A DNA stretch of 64,000 nt, taken from assembly GCF_036499745.1 (NCBI RefSeq), contig NZ_DASYDG010000033.1:33662-97661 (forward strand). The letters run 5' to 3'. Under the pieces are notes generated by a model. That model saw only the letters and a list, made by a program, of their open reading frames with translations, was not told the origin of the DNA and ran no database searches. The position numbers and the translations under genes were made by a program. This document shows, in pieces, positions 36,341 to 46,692 of this stretch. How positions within the stretch are numbered: the stretch's first letter is position 1; each line of letters starts with the position of its first letter. The DNA comes from Pinirhizobacter sp. (GTDB lineage: Bacteria; Pseudomonadota; Gammaproteobacteria; Xanthomonadales; Rhodanobacteraceae).

Positions 36341-37388
36341 GCACGTAGTCGCTGAAGATTTTCTGCGATTGCGGGTGTGCGTAGCGCTGGTTATAGGCAT
36401 GGCTGGTAAGCACCGTCACCAGACGCAGTTCGGGCACCACGAACACATAATTGCCGCCATTACCCGACATGGCCCAGGCCACGACCTCGCGGCCGGCTGT
36501 CTTGAAGTGGAAACGCCACCAGAAATAGCCGTACTCGGCATCCTCCCTGGCCTTGGCGTGCGGCGTGAGCATCGAATGGATGAATGCCGCCGATATCACC
36601 TGCCGACCCTGCCAGCGGCCATCATCCAGCGCGAGCTGGCCGAGCTTCGCCAGGTCACGCGCGGTGTAGCGGGTACCACCGCCACCCATGCCGATGCCCT
36701 CGGCAGAAACATTCCATTGCACGTGGTTGATGCCCAACGGCTTTTCAAGAACGTCAGCGGCGAAGGCCGATAGCGGCCTGTGCGTGGCGCGTTCGATGAC
36801 GGCACCGACGGTGAACGCGCCAGCGGTGCAGTATGAAAACGAACGCCCGTAAGGACTATCCGAAGGCTTTGTCATCCACGGCGCGAATCCCTTCACCGGC
36901 AGCGAAAGCGCGAACGTGAGCCAGCGTTCGCTCACATACATCCGCTCCTCATTGCCGGTGGAGAACTGGTTGTCGTCGTCACATTCCCAGATCGAGCTCA
37001 TCGTCATGAGGTCTTCGACGGTGATGGCGCGCTTGCGCGGGTCCACCTCGTGGTAGTCGGGAAAGAAGTCGTACACCTTCGCATCCACGCCCTTCACCAG
37101 GCCGCGGTCGATCGCTGCGCCCATCAGCAGGGCGGTCACGCTCTTTGAAGCTGAGCGGATGTCGTTCAGAGTGTCGGCGGTATTGCTGTTGAAGTAGTGC
37201 TCGTACACGGTGCGGCCGTCCTGGACCACCAGCAGGCTGGTGATGTCCTTGAACGTGTTGTCGGCGATCTTCGGCTCCACCGCCGCAATGCGGGCCGGGT
37301 CCAGGCGCTGCGCTGGCGGCGACGCATGCGCGGCCGACGCAAGGGCGAGGGCGGCGACGGAAGAAAAGACCAGGGCAAACGACTTCAT
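36294..37388 (-). CDS. Secreted serine hydrolase, beta-lactamase class C/AmpC superfamily
   Basis: Signal peptide; SxxK (IRSASKSV); FSYCT; GGGTRYTARDLAKLGQL; SGNGGN. Confidence 0.9.
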   Translation of the reverse strand: MKSFALVFSSVAALALASAAHASPPAQRLDPARIAAVEPKIADNTFKDITSLLVVQDGRTVYEHYFNSNTADTLNDIRSASKSVTALLMGAAIDRGLVKGVDAKVYDFFPDYHEVDPRKRAITVEDLMTMSSIWECDDDNQFSTGNEERMYVSERWLTFALSLPVKGFAPWMTKPSDSPYGRSFSYCTAGAFTVGAVIERATHRPLSAFAADVLEKPLGINHVQWNVSAEGIGMGGGGTRYTARDLAKLGQLALDDGRWQGRQVISAAFIHSMLTPHAKAREDAEYGYFWWRFHFKTAGREVVAWAMSGNGGNYVFVVPELRLVTVLTSHAYNQRYAHPQSQKIFSDYVLSATGAAGPAAASSH

Positions 37389-37478
37389 CACTTCAAGCTC
37401 CATCGGCGTGCGGCCCACTGCCGCTTCGGCCATCAGGCCACGCCGCCGAATGAAGTGCCTGAAACGGCAAGTGAAGAA

Positions 37479-39536
37479 TTATGAAGGCGCGGCAATCACC
37501 GGAAACGAAGTGATCCGCAGCTTTGCCACGGCGTAGGGCACCAGGGTAAGCGTGGTAGCCGGCTCGTCGATGGCGGCCTTCGGCTGGGCCGGTACCGGAT
37601 CGGCCGCGCCCTCCTCGACCTTCCATCCCGGTACCGGCCGGCCTTCGACGGCCAGGGTAAGCGGCGGTGGGCCCGCAAAAGGCGAGACGGGCAGCGCGTG
37701 CTCGCTGGCAACCACCCCGGCGCCCGTCGATACGCCGTAGTTCCAGCGCGAGCCCGGGTAGACCTGCCAGTCGGCGGTGAGGCCTCGCTTGCGCCAAAGC
37801 ACCCAGTTCTCTTTGATGGGCAGGGAAAAGACCAGGGCGCCGAAGGTGAAACTGTGTGAGCCATTGAAACCCGCCTCGGCGATCGGGCGAGCGTCGAAGG
37901 CGAGCTCGACCGTATCGGCGGCCTTCCAGCTACGCTCAATCGTGGCGAAGCTGCCGGGCGCACCGGCGGCCACGGGCTTGCCGTTCACCTTGATCGCGGT
38001 ATGCGGCGACCAGCCGGGCATGCGCAGTCGCAGTGGGAAGGCCACCGGCGATTCTGGATGAAGGGTGATCCTCACCTGCTGTCGGAAGGGGTAGTCCGTG
38101 GCTTGCTCGAGCCTCAGCGGAATCCCGCGGACCGTGGTCGAAACCTCACACGGGGCGTAGGCGGCAGCGGCCAACCCGCCGTCGGCCGTGGCCATCCACA
38201 GGCTGGCGGTGAACTTGGGCCAGCCCTGGTGGAAGTTGGCCGTGCAGCAACCGAAATGCGGATCCAGGCCGAACAGGTTCGCTTCCGGACCATTGGTGGT
38301 CCAGGGCCGGCGGTGCAGGCTCGATTCCACCTGATTGGGCTGCTGGTCGTACTGGTGCGCCCACATGTCGTCGGTGAACGTGCCCGGCAAGGCATTGAAG
38401 GCGATCCGCTCCAGGCGATCGCCGATGGCCGCATCGCCGGTAATGGCCAGGGCCAGCTCCAGCGAGTACATCGCCTCCACCACGGCGCAAAGCTCCACGC
38501 CCTGCGACGGGCTGCGTCCGGCCAGGTGTTCATCGGCCGAGAACATGCCGTTGGGCAAGCCGTGATATTGGTCGAGCATGGCCAGCTGGTGATTCACTGC
38601 CTCACGGTCGGCGCTCTTGCCCGATACCTGCGACCACACCGGCGAGGCCTTCAACGCCTGGGCGTTGTTCACGCCATGCACCTGCAGCCCGATGTCTTCC
38701 ATGAAGGCATCGCCGCCATGGGCTTCTTTCTTGATGGCCTCGGGATCCACCTTCGTCTTGAAGGGGAAGTTGGCAAACATGCCCTGCCAGTCGTAGCCCT
38801 GGGCCTGCAGCAGCTTCGCCAGTTCCAGCAGGCGGGGATCGTGCGTACGGCTGTAAAGCCACACTACCGATACCAGCTCGTCCTGCCAGCGCATGCGGCC
38901 CCAGTCGCGCAGCGGACGCGCGGGCAGCGCCTGCAGCTGGTGAACGAAGTAATTCGTCATTAAAGGAATAACGCGCGGATCGCCGGTGAGCTCGTGGAAC
39001 TGGGTGAGCACTTTGAGCATCACCATGCGCGGCCACCAGTCGTCGTTGCCGTGTGGGCCGAACATGCCATCGGGCCAGGGATGGTCGAGCGTGAAGTCAA
39101 TGAAGCGGCGGGCCTTCGCCTTCAGCGGTTCAGAGTCCAGCTGCCAGGCCAATGGCAGCAGGCCGTCTAGAAAGTAAGGTCCGCGCTCCCACGACTCACC
39201 CTTGCCACCCAGCCATCCGCTGTCAGGGCCGACATCCGGCCAGGTCTCATCCAGATGTCCGCCCAGGCCGTCGGCCTGTATCTGCAACTGGCGGCGCAGC
39301 CAGCCGGTGGGCTTGATCGCGCCCGTAGGCAACAGCTGGAAGGGTTGCCGCGCCAGGGGCGATGGCGGAAACACTACCTGGCGGAACGATGCATCGGCAT
39401 CGCCCGCGCTGTGGCTGTCGCCGGATGCGGGAGCCGCGAAAGCAACGCCACCGAAGCTGAGGGCGGGAGCCGCGACGGCGGCGCCCGCGGCGCGGATGAA
39501 GGCGCGCCGGCCGTTACGTACGTCCGTATCGACCAT
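37479..39536 (-). CDS. Tat-exported GH127/GH146-type beta-L-arabinofuranosidase-like glycoside hydrolase
   Basis: RRAFI twin-arginine signal; HGVN; ELCAVVE; LERIAFNALPG; GCCTAN Cys motif; TDYPF; RLRMPGW. Confidence 0.85.
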   Translation of the reverse strand: MVDTDVRNGRRAFIRAAGAAVAAPALSFGGVAFAAPASGDSHSAGDADASFRQVVFPPSPLARQPFQLLPTGAIKPTGWLRRQLQIQADGLGGHLDETWPDVGPDSGWLGGKGESWERGPYFLDGLLPLAWQLDSEPLKAKARRFIDFTLDHPWPDGMFGPHGNDDWWPRMVMLKVLTQFHELTGDPRVIPLMTNYFVHQLQALPARPLRDWGRMRWQDELVSVVWLYSRTHDPRLLELAKLLQAQGYDWQGMFANFPFKTKVDPEAIKKEAHGGDAFMEDIGLQVHGVNNAQALKASPVWSQVSGKSADREAVNHQLAMLDQYHGLPNGMFSADEHLAGRSPSQGVELCAVVEAMYSLELALAITGDAAIGDRLERIAFNALPGTFTDDMWAHQYDQQPNQVESSLHRRPWTTNGPEANLFGLDPHFGCCTANFHQGWPKFTASLWMATADGGLAAAAYAPCEVSTTVRGIPLRLEQATDYPFRQQVRITLHPESPVAFPLRLRMPGWSPHTAIKVNGKPVAAGAPGSFATIERSWKAADTVELAFDARPIAEAGFNGSHSFTFGALVFSLPIKENWVLWRKRGLTADWQVYPGSRWNYGVSTGAGVVASEHALPVSPFAGPPPLTLAVEGRPVPGWKVEEGAADPVPAQPKAAIDEPATTLTLVPYAVAKLRITSFPVIAAPS

Positions 39537-39539
39537 GCC

Positions 39540-40565
39540 TCAGGCAGCCGCCATGTCGGGCTCGTCCTCGGTCACTTGTATGTTTCGTCCCGTGGCTGCA
39601 TCGGCCGCGGCAAGTTCCGTGGCGTAGGCAGACGGCGGGTCCTTGGCAAAGGACACCGCGCAGGAAGGCTCATTCGTGCGCGAGAACAACGCATCCACCC
39701 ATCCGATGAAGGCCTGCACGCGCGCTGACAGGTGGCGCTTCTGCGGGTAGACGATCCACACCGGCGAGCCGGTGCACACCAGCTCCGGCAGCACCACTTC
39801 CAGCATGCCCTTGGCCACCATGCAGGCGGCCATGCAGTGCGGGGCGTAGATGATCCCCAGGTCGTTCACCGCGGCCTGGATCACCGATTCACCATCGTTG
39901 ATCAGCATGTGCGGCTCGTAGTCCACCTCGATCCGGCCTTCGCTGGTTTCCAGGCACCAGGCCGTGGGCTTTCCGGTGCTCGGGGAGATATGGCGGACCA
40001 GGCGATGGTTCTGCAGGTCTTCGATGCTGGTGGGCCGCCCGTGCTTTGCCAGGTAGGCCGGCGAAGCAAACAGCACGTTGCGCAGGTAGCCGAGCTTGCG
40101 CGCGATCAGGTTGGAATCGGGCAGGTCGCCGATGCGGATCGCGCAATCGATGCCTTCTTCATTCAAGTCGTAGGGGTAATCGCACATGGACAGATCCAGG
40201 CGGATCGCGGGGTATTTCTCCTCGAAATCGGCCAGGTTCTGCATCAATACCGCGCGCCCGATCGACACCGCCACACCCACCCGAAGCTTGCCCGACGGAC
40301 ACGAGCGGGATTCCCCCAGGGCCTCGGTGGCTTCGGCCAGATCCAGCAGGATCTGCTTGCAACGTTCATAGAACGCGCTGCCATCGTCGGTTAAACGCAG
40401 GGCCCGGGTAGACCTGAAGAACAGCCGGGCGCCCAGCGTTTCTTCCAGCCGGGCGATGGCCCGGCTGACCCCGGACGGGGTCATGCCCAGTTTCGGTGCC
40501 GCGGCGGAGAAGCCCTTTGATTCCACTACCCGCACGAAGGCGGTAATTGCCGAGAAGTCTTCCAT
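39540..40565 (-). CDS. LysR-family regulator
   Basis: FVRVVESKGFSAAAPKLGMTPSGVSRAIARLEETLGARLFFRSTR; divergent from the RND operon. Confidence 0.95.
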   Translation of the reverse strand: MEDFSAITAFVRVVESKGFSAAAPKLGMTPSGVSRAIARLEETLGARLFFRSTRALRLTDDGSAFYERCKQILLDLAEATEALGESRSCPSGKLRVGVAVSIGRAVLMQNLADFEEKYPAIRLDLSMCDYPYDLNEEGIDCAIRIGDLPDSNLIARKLGYLRNVLFASPAYLAKHGRPTSIEDLQNHRLVRHISPSTGKPTAWCLETSEGRIEVDYEPHMLINDGESVIQAAVNDLGIIYAPHCMAACMVAKGMLEVVLPELVCTGSPVWIVYPQKRHLSARVQAFIGWVDALFSRTNEPSCAVSFAKDPPSAYATELAAADAATGRNIQVTEDEPDMAAA

Positions 40566-40580
40566 CGTGCCACCTATTGA

Positions 40581-40593
40581 TGACTGCTGGTCA
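40581..40593. promoter_or_regulatory. Candidate LysR T-N11-A box
   Basis: TGAC-TGCTG-GTCA dyad just upstream of the LysR start. Confidence 0.45.
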
Positions 40594-40697
40594 CAGGACA
40601 AATGATTCTACGCCGACTTTTATCCACCGGAGCAAGACCCAGTTACTAACCTGACCGGTCCGGTATTTCTCCGGACCCGAACATTGGGGCTTGTTAG

Positions 40698-41891
40698 ATG
40701 AAGACAAAGATCATATTCGCCACGGCGGCAGCCGCGGTGGTGGCAGCATCGGCTTTCTGGTTAGGGCGCCCGGCACCCATCCAGGCCGCGGCCGCCATGC
40801 CGGCGCCTGAAGTCACCGTCGCCCAGGTACTGGTGCGCCCGGTGGACGACGCCGTCGCCTTTACCGGCCGGCTGCAGGCGGTGGACACCATTGCGCTGCG
40901 CCCGCGGGTCAGCGGTTACGTGGATTCCGTTGAATTCACCGAGGGGGCGCTGGTCAAGAAAGGCCAGCTGCTCTTTCGTATCGACCCCCGACCCTACCAG
41001 GCCGAAGTCGATCGCCTGGCAGCCACCCTTGCCCAGGCCAGCTCGGAACTATCGCTAGCCCAGGCCAATGCCTCGCGTGCCGGTCGCCTGCTGGAACAAA
41101 AAGCCGTATCGAAGGAAGAAGCCGACCGTCAGCAGACCGCGGCCGTGACGGCGCAGTCGCAGGTGGCGGCCACCACCGCGGCCCTGGCGTCCGCACGCTT
41201 GAACCGCGAGTTCACCGAGGTGCGTGCGCCGATCGACGGCCGCGTATCGAACGCGTTGATCACCGCGGGCAACCTGGTGACGCCGAGCGACGTGCTGACC
41301 ACGGTGGTAAGCGTGAACCCGGTGTACGCCTACTTCGACGTGGATGAACAGGCTTACCTCAAGCTCGACCGCTTGCGACGTGAGCGTGGCCATGCACCGG
41401 ACGTATCCATGGGCCTGGCCGACGAGCAAGGCTACCCGCATGCGGGCCATATCGACTTCGTCGACAACCAGCTGCGCACAGGCACCGGCACCATCCGCCT
41501 GCGCGCGGTGTTCGACAACGCCGATAACTCGTACACGCCGGGACTGTACGCCCGCATCCAGCTTCGTACCGCCGGCAACCATCCGCGCGCGCTGATCGAC
41601 GACCGCGCCGTGGGTACCGACCTTGGCAACAAGTTCGTCTACGTGGTGGGTAAGGATCGCAAGATCGAGTACCGCCGCGTGGAGACCGGTCCGCTGGTGG
41701 ACGGCCTGCGCGTGGTCGACGATGGCCTGACCGCCGCCGACAGCGTTGTGGTATCCGGCCTTCAGCACGTGCGCCCCGGCGTGGAAGTGACGCCCAAGAC
41801 CGTAGCGATGGACTCCCGTCGCAGTGACACCGATCCGCAGGTTGCCAACCGTACGACGAAATCCCCGTCGATCGCGGATGCCGGCCGCTAA
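40698..41891 (+). CDS. mexE: RND efflux membrane-fusion protein (MexE-like)
   Basis: LRPRVSGY, GQLLFRIDPRPY, EVRAPIDGRVS, IDFVDNQL..GTIRLRA. Confidence 0.88.
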   Translation: MKTKIIFATAAAAVVAASAFWLGRPAPIQAAAAMPAPEVTVAQVLVRPVDDAVAFTGRLQAVDTIALRPRVSGYVDSVEFTEGALVKKGQLLFRIDPRPYQAEVDRLAATLAQASSELSLAQANASRAGRLLEQKAVSKEEADRQQTAAVTAQSQVAATTAALASARLNREFTEVRAPIDGRVSNALITAGNLVTPSDVLTTVVSVNPVYAYFDVDEQAYLKLDRLRRERGHAPDVSMGLADEQGYPHAGHIDFVDNQLRTGTGTIRLRAVFDNADNSYTPGLYARIQLRTAGNHPRALIDDRAVGTDLGNKFVYVVGKDRKIEYRRVETGPLVDGLRVVDDGLTAADSVVVSGLQHVRPGVEVTPKTVAMDSRRSDTDPQVANRTTKSPSIADAGR

Positions 41892-41900
41892 GGCAAAGAC

Positions 41901-44900
41901 ATGAAAATCGCCCAGTTCTTCGTCGACCGCCCAATCCTGGCGGGCGTCCTCTCCGTGCTTATCGTCATCGCGGGCGGCATCTCGCTGTTCAAGCTGCCGA
42001 TCAGCGAATACCCCGAGGTCGTGCCGCCTACCGTGGTGGTCAAGGCCAGCTATCCCGGCGCGAATCCCAAGGTGATCGCCGAAACCGTCGCCACGCCGCT
42101 GGAAACCCAGATCGTTGGTGTGGAAAACATGCTGTACACGTCGTCGCAGAGCACCAGCGATGGCCAGATGACCCTGACAGTGACCTTCGCCCTGGGCACC
42201 AATCTGAACGATGCCCAGGTGCAGGTGCAGAACCGCGTGTCACAGGCCCTGCCGCGCCTGCCCGAAGAAGTGCAGCGCCTTGGCGTGACCACGCAGAAGA
42301 GCTCGCCCGACCTGACCATGGTCGTGCATCTGATCTCGCCCGATAACCGCTACGACATGCTGTACCTGTCCAACTACGCGCGCCTGCACGTGAAGGACCA
42401 GCTGGCACGCCTGGATGGCGTGGGCGACGTGCAGATCTTCGGTGCCGGTGAATATTCCATGCGCGTGTGGCTGGACCCGGACAAGCTCGCCGCGCGCAAC
42501 ATGACCACCGGTGACGTGATCAAGGCCATCCGCGAGCAGAACGTGCAGGTGGCCGCCGGTGCGCTCAATGCCCCGCCCGGCCCGAACAACAATGCCTTCC
42601 AGGTGAACATCAACACCCAGGGCCGCCTGACCACCGAAGACCAGTTCCTCGACATCGTGGTGCGCAGTGACGCCCAGGGGTCGGTGACGCACCTGCGTGA
42701 TATCGGCAAGGTGGAACTGGGTTCCAACAGCTACGCGCTGCGCAGCCTTCTGAACAACAAGGAAGCCGTGGCGGTGCCGGTGTTCCAGCGCCCCGGTTCC
42801 AACGCGATCAACATTTCCGACCAGGTCCGTGCCGAGATGGCCGTACTGAAGAAGGACTTCCCGCAAGGGATGGATTACAAGATCGTCTACGACCCTACTG
42901 TATTCGTGCGCGGCTCCATCGACGCGGTGGTGCATACCCTGTTCGAAGCCATCGCCCTGGTGGTGCTGGTGGTGATCCTGTTCCTGCAGACATGGCGCGC
43001 CTCGGTGATCCCGCTGATCGCCGGGCCGGTGTCGTTGATCGGCACCTTCGCGGTGATGTATATCGCAGGCTTCTCGCTGAACGCACTTTCCCTGTTCGGC
43101 CTGGTACTGGCCATCGGTATCGTGGTGGACGACGCCATCGTGGTGGTGGAGAACGTCGAGCGACATATCGAACTGGGCCAGCCACCACTGGAGGCCACGC
43201 GCGCGGCGATGAAGGAAGTGACCGGGCCCATCGTGGCCACGGCGCTGGTGCTGTGTGCGGTGTTCATCCCGGCGGCGTTCATCAGCGGCCTGACGGGCCA
43301 GTTCTACCGCCAGTTCGCCCTCACCATCGCCATCTCCACGGTGATCTCGGCCTTCAACTCGCTCACCCTTAGCCCGGCGCTTTCGGCGCTCCTGCTCAAG
43401 GGCCACGACGCGAAGAAGGACAAGCTCTCCATCCTGCTCGAACGCGGCCTGGGCTGGCTGTTCCGTCCGTTCAACCGCATGTTCGTGCGCGCCTCCAATG
43501 GTTACGTGGGCGGCGTCAAGCGCGTGCTGGGCAAGGGCTCGGCGGCGCTGGTGCTTTACGCAGGCCTGGTGGTGCTGGCCTTCGCAGGCTTTGCCCATGT
43601 GCCCACCGGCTTCGTGCCGCCGCAGGACAAGCAATACCTGGTGTCGTTCGCGCAGCTGCCCGATGCCGCTTCGCTGGACCGGACCGAAGGCGTGATCCGC
43701 CGCATGAGCGACGTGGCTCTGAAGCAGCCTGGCGTGGAAAGCGCCGTGGCCTTCCCCGGCCTGTCGATCAATGGCTTCACCAACAGCACCAACTCCGGCA
43801 TCGTCTTCGTCACCCTGAAGCCCTTCGACGAGCGCCGCGATCCGAGCCTGTCGGCCGGCGCCATTACGGCAGCGCTCACCCAGAAGTATTCGGCGATGCA
43901 GGACGCTTACATCGCGATCTTCCCGCCGCCGCCCGTGAATGGCCTGGGCACCATCGGTGGCTTCCGTATGCAGGTGGAAGACCGTGGCGACCTCGGCTTC
44001 GAAGAGCTGTACAAGCAAACCCAGGGACTGATCGGCGCCAGCCACAAGACACCCGCCCTGGCAGGATTGTTCTCCAGCTACCAGGTATCGGTGCCGCAGG
44101 TGGATGCGGATGTCGATCGCGAAAAGGCCAAGGCCGAGGGCGTGGACCTGGGCGATGTATTCGAGACCATGCAGTCGTACCTGGGTTCGCTGTACGTCAA
44201 CGACTTCAACCGCTTCGGCCGCACCTATCAGGTGAACGTGTCGGCGGATCCGTCGTACCGCCACGAGCCAAGTGACATCCTGCGCCTGAAGACCCGCAAT
44301 GCAGCCGGTGAGGCCGTGCCGCTGGGCTCGTTCGTCACCGTCAGGCAGGGCGTGGGTCCCGACCGCGTGCAGCACTACAACGGCTATCCCACCGCCGAGA
44401 TCAACGGCGGCGCGGCCCCCGGGTTCTCTACCGGCCAGGCCCAGGACGCGATGGAGAAGCTGGCGAAGGACAACCTGCCCAACGGCATGTCGTTCGAATG
44501 GACCGAACTGACCTACCAGCAGATCCTGGCCGGCAACACGTCCGTCGTGGTGTTCCCGCTGTGCGTGCTGCTGGTGTTCCTGGTGCTCGCATCCCTGTAC
44601 GAAAGCCTGTCGCTTCCGCTGGCGGTGATCCTGATCGTGCCGATGGTGCTGCTGTCCGCCATTTCCGGTGTGTTCCTTACAGGTGGCGACAACAACATCT
44701 TCACTCAGATCGGCTTGATCGTACTGGTGGGGCTTGCGTGCAAGAACGCCATCCTGATCGTGGAGTTCGCCAAGGATGCACAGGAGCGTGGACTGTCGCG
44801 CCGTGACGCGGTGCTGGAAGCCGCCCGGCTACGCCTGCGTCCGATCCTGATGACATCCTTCGCCTTCATCATGGGCGTGGTGCCGCTGGTGACGTCCCAC

Positions 44901-45095
44901 GGTGCCGGTGCCGAGATGCGCCATGCCATGGGCGTGGCGGTGTTCGCCGGCATGCTCGGTGTCACCTTCTTCGGGCTGCTGTACACCCCGTTGTTCTACA
45001 CCATCATCCGTGGCTGGACCGAGCGCTCTGCCGAGCGCCGGCGCCTGCGCCGCGAACACGCCGCGCTAGAAGCGCAGGGCGCTGGAGAACACTGA
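41901..45095 (+). CDS. mexF: RND efflux transporter (MexF-like, HAE1)
   Basis: LPISEYPEVVPPTVVV, PGANPKVIAETVA, SPDLTMVVHL, YDMLYLSNYA, GIVVDDAIVVVENVER, RLRPILMTS. Confidence 0.92.
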   Translation: MKIAQFFVDRPILAGVLSVLIVIAGGISLFKLPISEYPEVVPPTVVVKASYPGANPKVIAETVATPLETQIVGVENMLYTSSQSTSDGQMTLTVTFALGTNLNDAQVQVQNRVSQALPRLPEEVQRLGVTTQKSSPDLTMVVHLISPDNRYDMLYLSNYARLHVKDQLARLDGVGDVQIFGAGEYSMRVWLDPDKLAARNMTTGDVIKAIREQNVQVAAGALNAPPGPNNNAFQVNINTQGRLTTEDQFLDIVVRSDAQGSVTHLRDIGKVELGSNSYALRSLLNNKEAVAVPVFQRPGSNAINISDQVRAEMAVLKKDFPQGMDYKIVYDPTVFVRGSIDAVVHTLFEAIALVVLVVILFLQTWRASVIPLIAGPVSLIGTFAVMYIAGFSLNALSLFGLVLAIGIVVDDAIVVVENVERHIELGQPPLEATRAAMKEVTGPIVATALVLCAVFIPAAFISGLTGQFYRQFALTIAISTVISAFNSLTLSPALSALLLKGHDAKKDKLSILLERGLGWLFRPFNRMFVRASNGYVGGVKRVLGKGSAALVLYAGLVVLAFAGFAHVPTGFVPPQDKQYLVSFAQLPDAASLDRTEGVIRRMSDVALKQPGVESAVAFPGLSINGFTNSTNSGIVFVTLKPFDERRDPSLSAGAITAALTQKYSAMQDAYIAIFPPPPVNGLGTIGGFRMQVEDRGDLGFEELYKQTQGLIGASHKTPALAGLFSSYQVSVPQVDADVDREKAKAEGVDLGDVFETMQSYLGSLYVNDFNRFGRTYQVNVSADPSYRHEPSDILRLKTRNAAGEAVPLGSFVTVRQGVGPDRVQHYNGYPTAEINGGAAPGFSTGQAQDAMEKLAKDNLPNGMSFEWTELTYQQILAGNTSVVVFPLCVLLVFLVLASLYESLSLPLAVILIVPMVLLSAISGVFLTGGDNNIFTQIGLIVLVGLACKNAILIVEFAKDAQERGLSRRDAVLEAARLRLRPILMTSFAFIMGVVPLVTSHGAGAEMRHAMGVAVFAGMLGVTFFGLLYTPLFYTIIRGWTERSAERRRLRREHAALEAQGAGEH

Positions 45096-46510
45096 TGCCT
45101 ACTCCGTTCCGTTATACGGCGATCTTCGCCGCCCTGCTCGCCGCCGGCTGCGCCAGCGTCGGTCCCGACTACAAGGCACCGGTTGAAAAACCGGTGGCCT
45201 TGATCGGCGCCGATGCCCACGCCCAGGCGCCTGAGCCGGTACCCGCCCAATGGTGGTCACAGTTCGGCGATACCACGCTGGATGCGTTGATCACCCAGGC
45301 GGCAAAGAATGCGCCCGACCTTGCCATTGCACAGGCGCGGCTGCGTGAAGCGCGGGCATACCTGGGCACGGCGAAGTCGGCCCAGATTCCCGATATCGAA
45401 ACCGGTGCGTCCTATTCCCGTGCCAGGGAACAGCAGCCGGGCTTTACCGACCAGCGCACCACCATCACCAGCTACCAGGCAGGCTTCGACGCCTCATGGG
45501 AGCTGGACCTCTTCGGCGGCATCCGGCGTCAGGTGGAAGCAGCACGTGCGGATGTAGGTGCAGGCGAAGCCTCGTTGCAGGATGCACAGGTCACCCTGTT
45601 CGCCGAAGTGGCGCGCAACTACTTCGAGCTGCGTGGCACGCAGCTGCGCATCGATGTTGCCCATCGCAACATCGACAACCAGCGCGAGACGGTGCGGCTT
45701 ACCTCCGCCCGTGAGCAGATCGGCTCCGGATCGGAGCAGGACGTGGCCAGCGCGAAGGCACGCCTGGCGGCGACCGAAGCCGCCCTGCCCTCGCTGGAGG
45801 CCAGTGCGTTCGCTTCACAGGCACGCATCGCCGTGTTGCTGGGCGAGCGTCCGGGCGAACTGGGCGTGGACCTTTCGCCTTCCAGCTTCCACCCCATCGA
45901 TACGGCACTGCCCATCGGCGCCGCCGACGACGTGCTGCGCCGCCGCCCCGATGTACGCATTGCCGAGCGCAACCTGGCTGCCGCCAACGCGCGCATCGGC
46001 GTGGCGAAGGCCGAGTACTTCCCGCACATCTCGCTGGGCGGTTTCGTCGGTTTCCTCGCCGGCCGCAGCAACGACTTCGGCGGCGCGGACAGCCGTGCAT
46101 GGTCGATCGCGCCCAGTATCAGCTGGTCGGGATTGAACGTGGAGAAGGTGCGTTCGGGCGTCAAGGCCAGCGAGGCCAGGGCCGACGAAGCCCGCGCCAC
46201 GTACCAGCGTACGGTGCTGCAGGCCATCGAGGATGTCGACAATGCGCTGGTGAGCTACAACCACCAGCACGAGCGGGTCGGCAGCCTGATCGAACAGGCC
46301 AACCAGAGCCGCCGCGCCGCGGACCTGGCGCAGATCCGCTACAAGGAAGGTTCGACGAGTTTCCTGGAACTTCTCGACGCGCAACGCACGCAACTGGCGG
46401 CGGAAGACCAGCTGGCTGAAGGCGAGGCGGCGATCAATACGCGTGCGGTACAGATCTACAAGGCGTTGGGTGGCGGTTGGGCCGGCAACGAAAACGTCGC
46501 CACGCGCTAA
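45095..46510 (+). CDS. oprN: Outer-membrane efflux lipoprotein (OprN/NodT family)
   Basis: Lipobox LAAGC; ASWELDLFG; LLRRRPDVRIAER; YKALGGGW. Confidence 0.9.
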   Translation: MPTPFRYTAIFAALLAAGCASVGPDYKAPVEKPVALIGADAHAQAPEPVPAQWWSQFGDTTLDALITQAAKNAPDLAIAQARLREARAYLGTAKSAQIPDIETGASYSRAREQQPGFTDQRTTITSYQAGFDASWELDLFGGIRRQVEAARADVGAGEASLQDAQVTLFAEVARNYFELRGTQLRIDVAHRNIDNQRETVRLTSAREQIGSGSEQDVASAKARLAATEAALPSLEASAFASQARIAVLLGERPGELGVDLSPSSFHPIDTALPIGAADDVLRRRPDVRIAERNLAAANARIGVAKAEYFPHISLGGFVGFLAGRSNDFGGADSRAWSIAPSISWSGLNVEKVRSGVKASEARADEARATYQRTVLQAIEDVDNALVSYNHQHERVGSLIEQANQSRRAADLAQIRYKEGSTSFLELLDAQRTQLAAEDQLAEGEAAINTRAVQIYKALGGGWAGNENVATR

Positions 46511-46593
46511 AGCGTGGCGGAATACCGCGGCGCACGGGAGATCCCGGCGCCGCTACAAGCGAAGCCCAGACGCACCGAACATACCTTGATGGC

Positions 46594-46692
46594 TCAGACG
46601 ACAGCGACGCGCTCGTTGGTGGGTAATCGCTGGAACTCGTTATCGGACGCCCTTGCTGGCTCGCCGCGTTCCTCGCCGTCCGACTGGCTCAT
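46594..46692 (-). pseudogene. 32-codon ORF, possible truncated remnant of a DUF2335-type gene
   Basis: Manual translation MSQSDGEERGEPARASDNEFQRLPTNERVAVV*, overlapping the end of the 74-aa gene, with GGGAG upstream. The family link is inference from the gene pair only. Confidence 0.3.
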
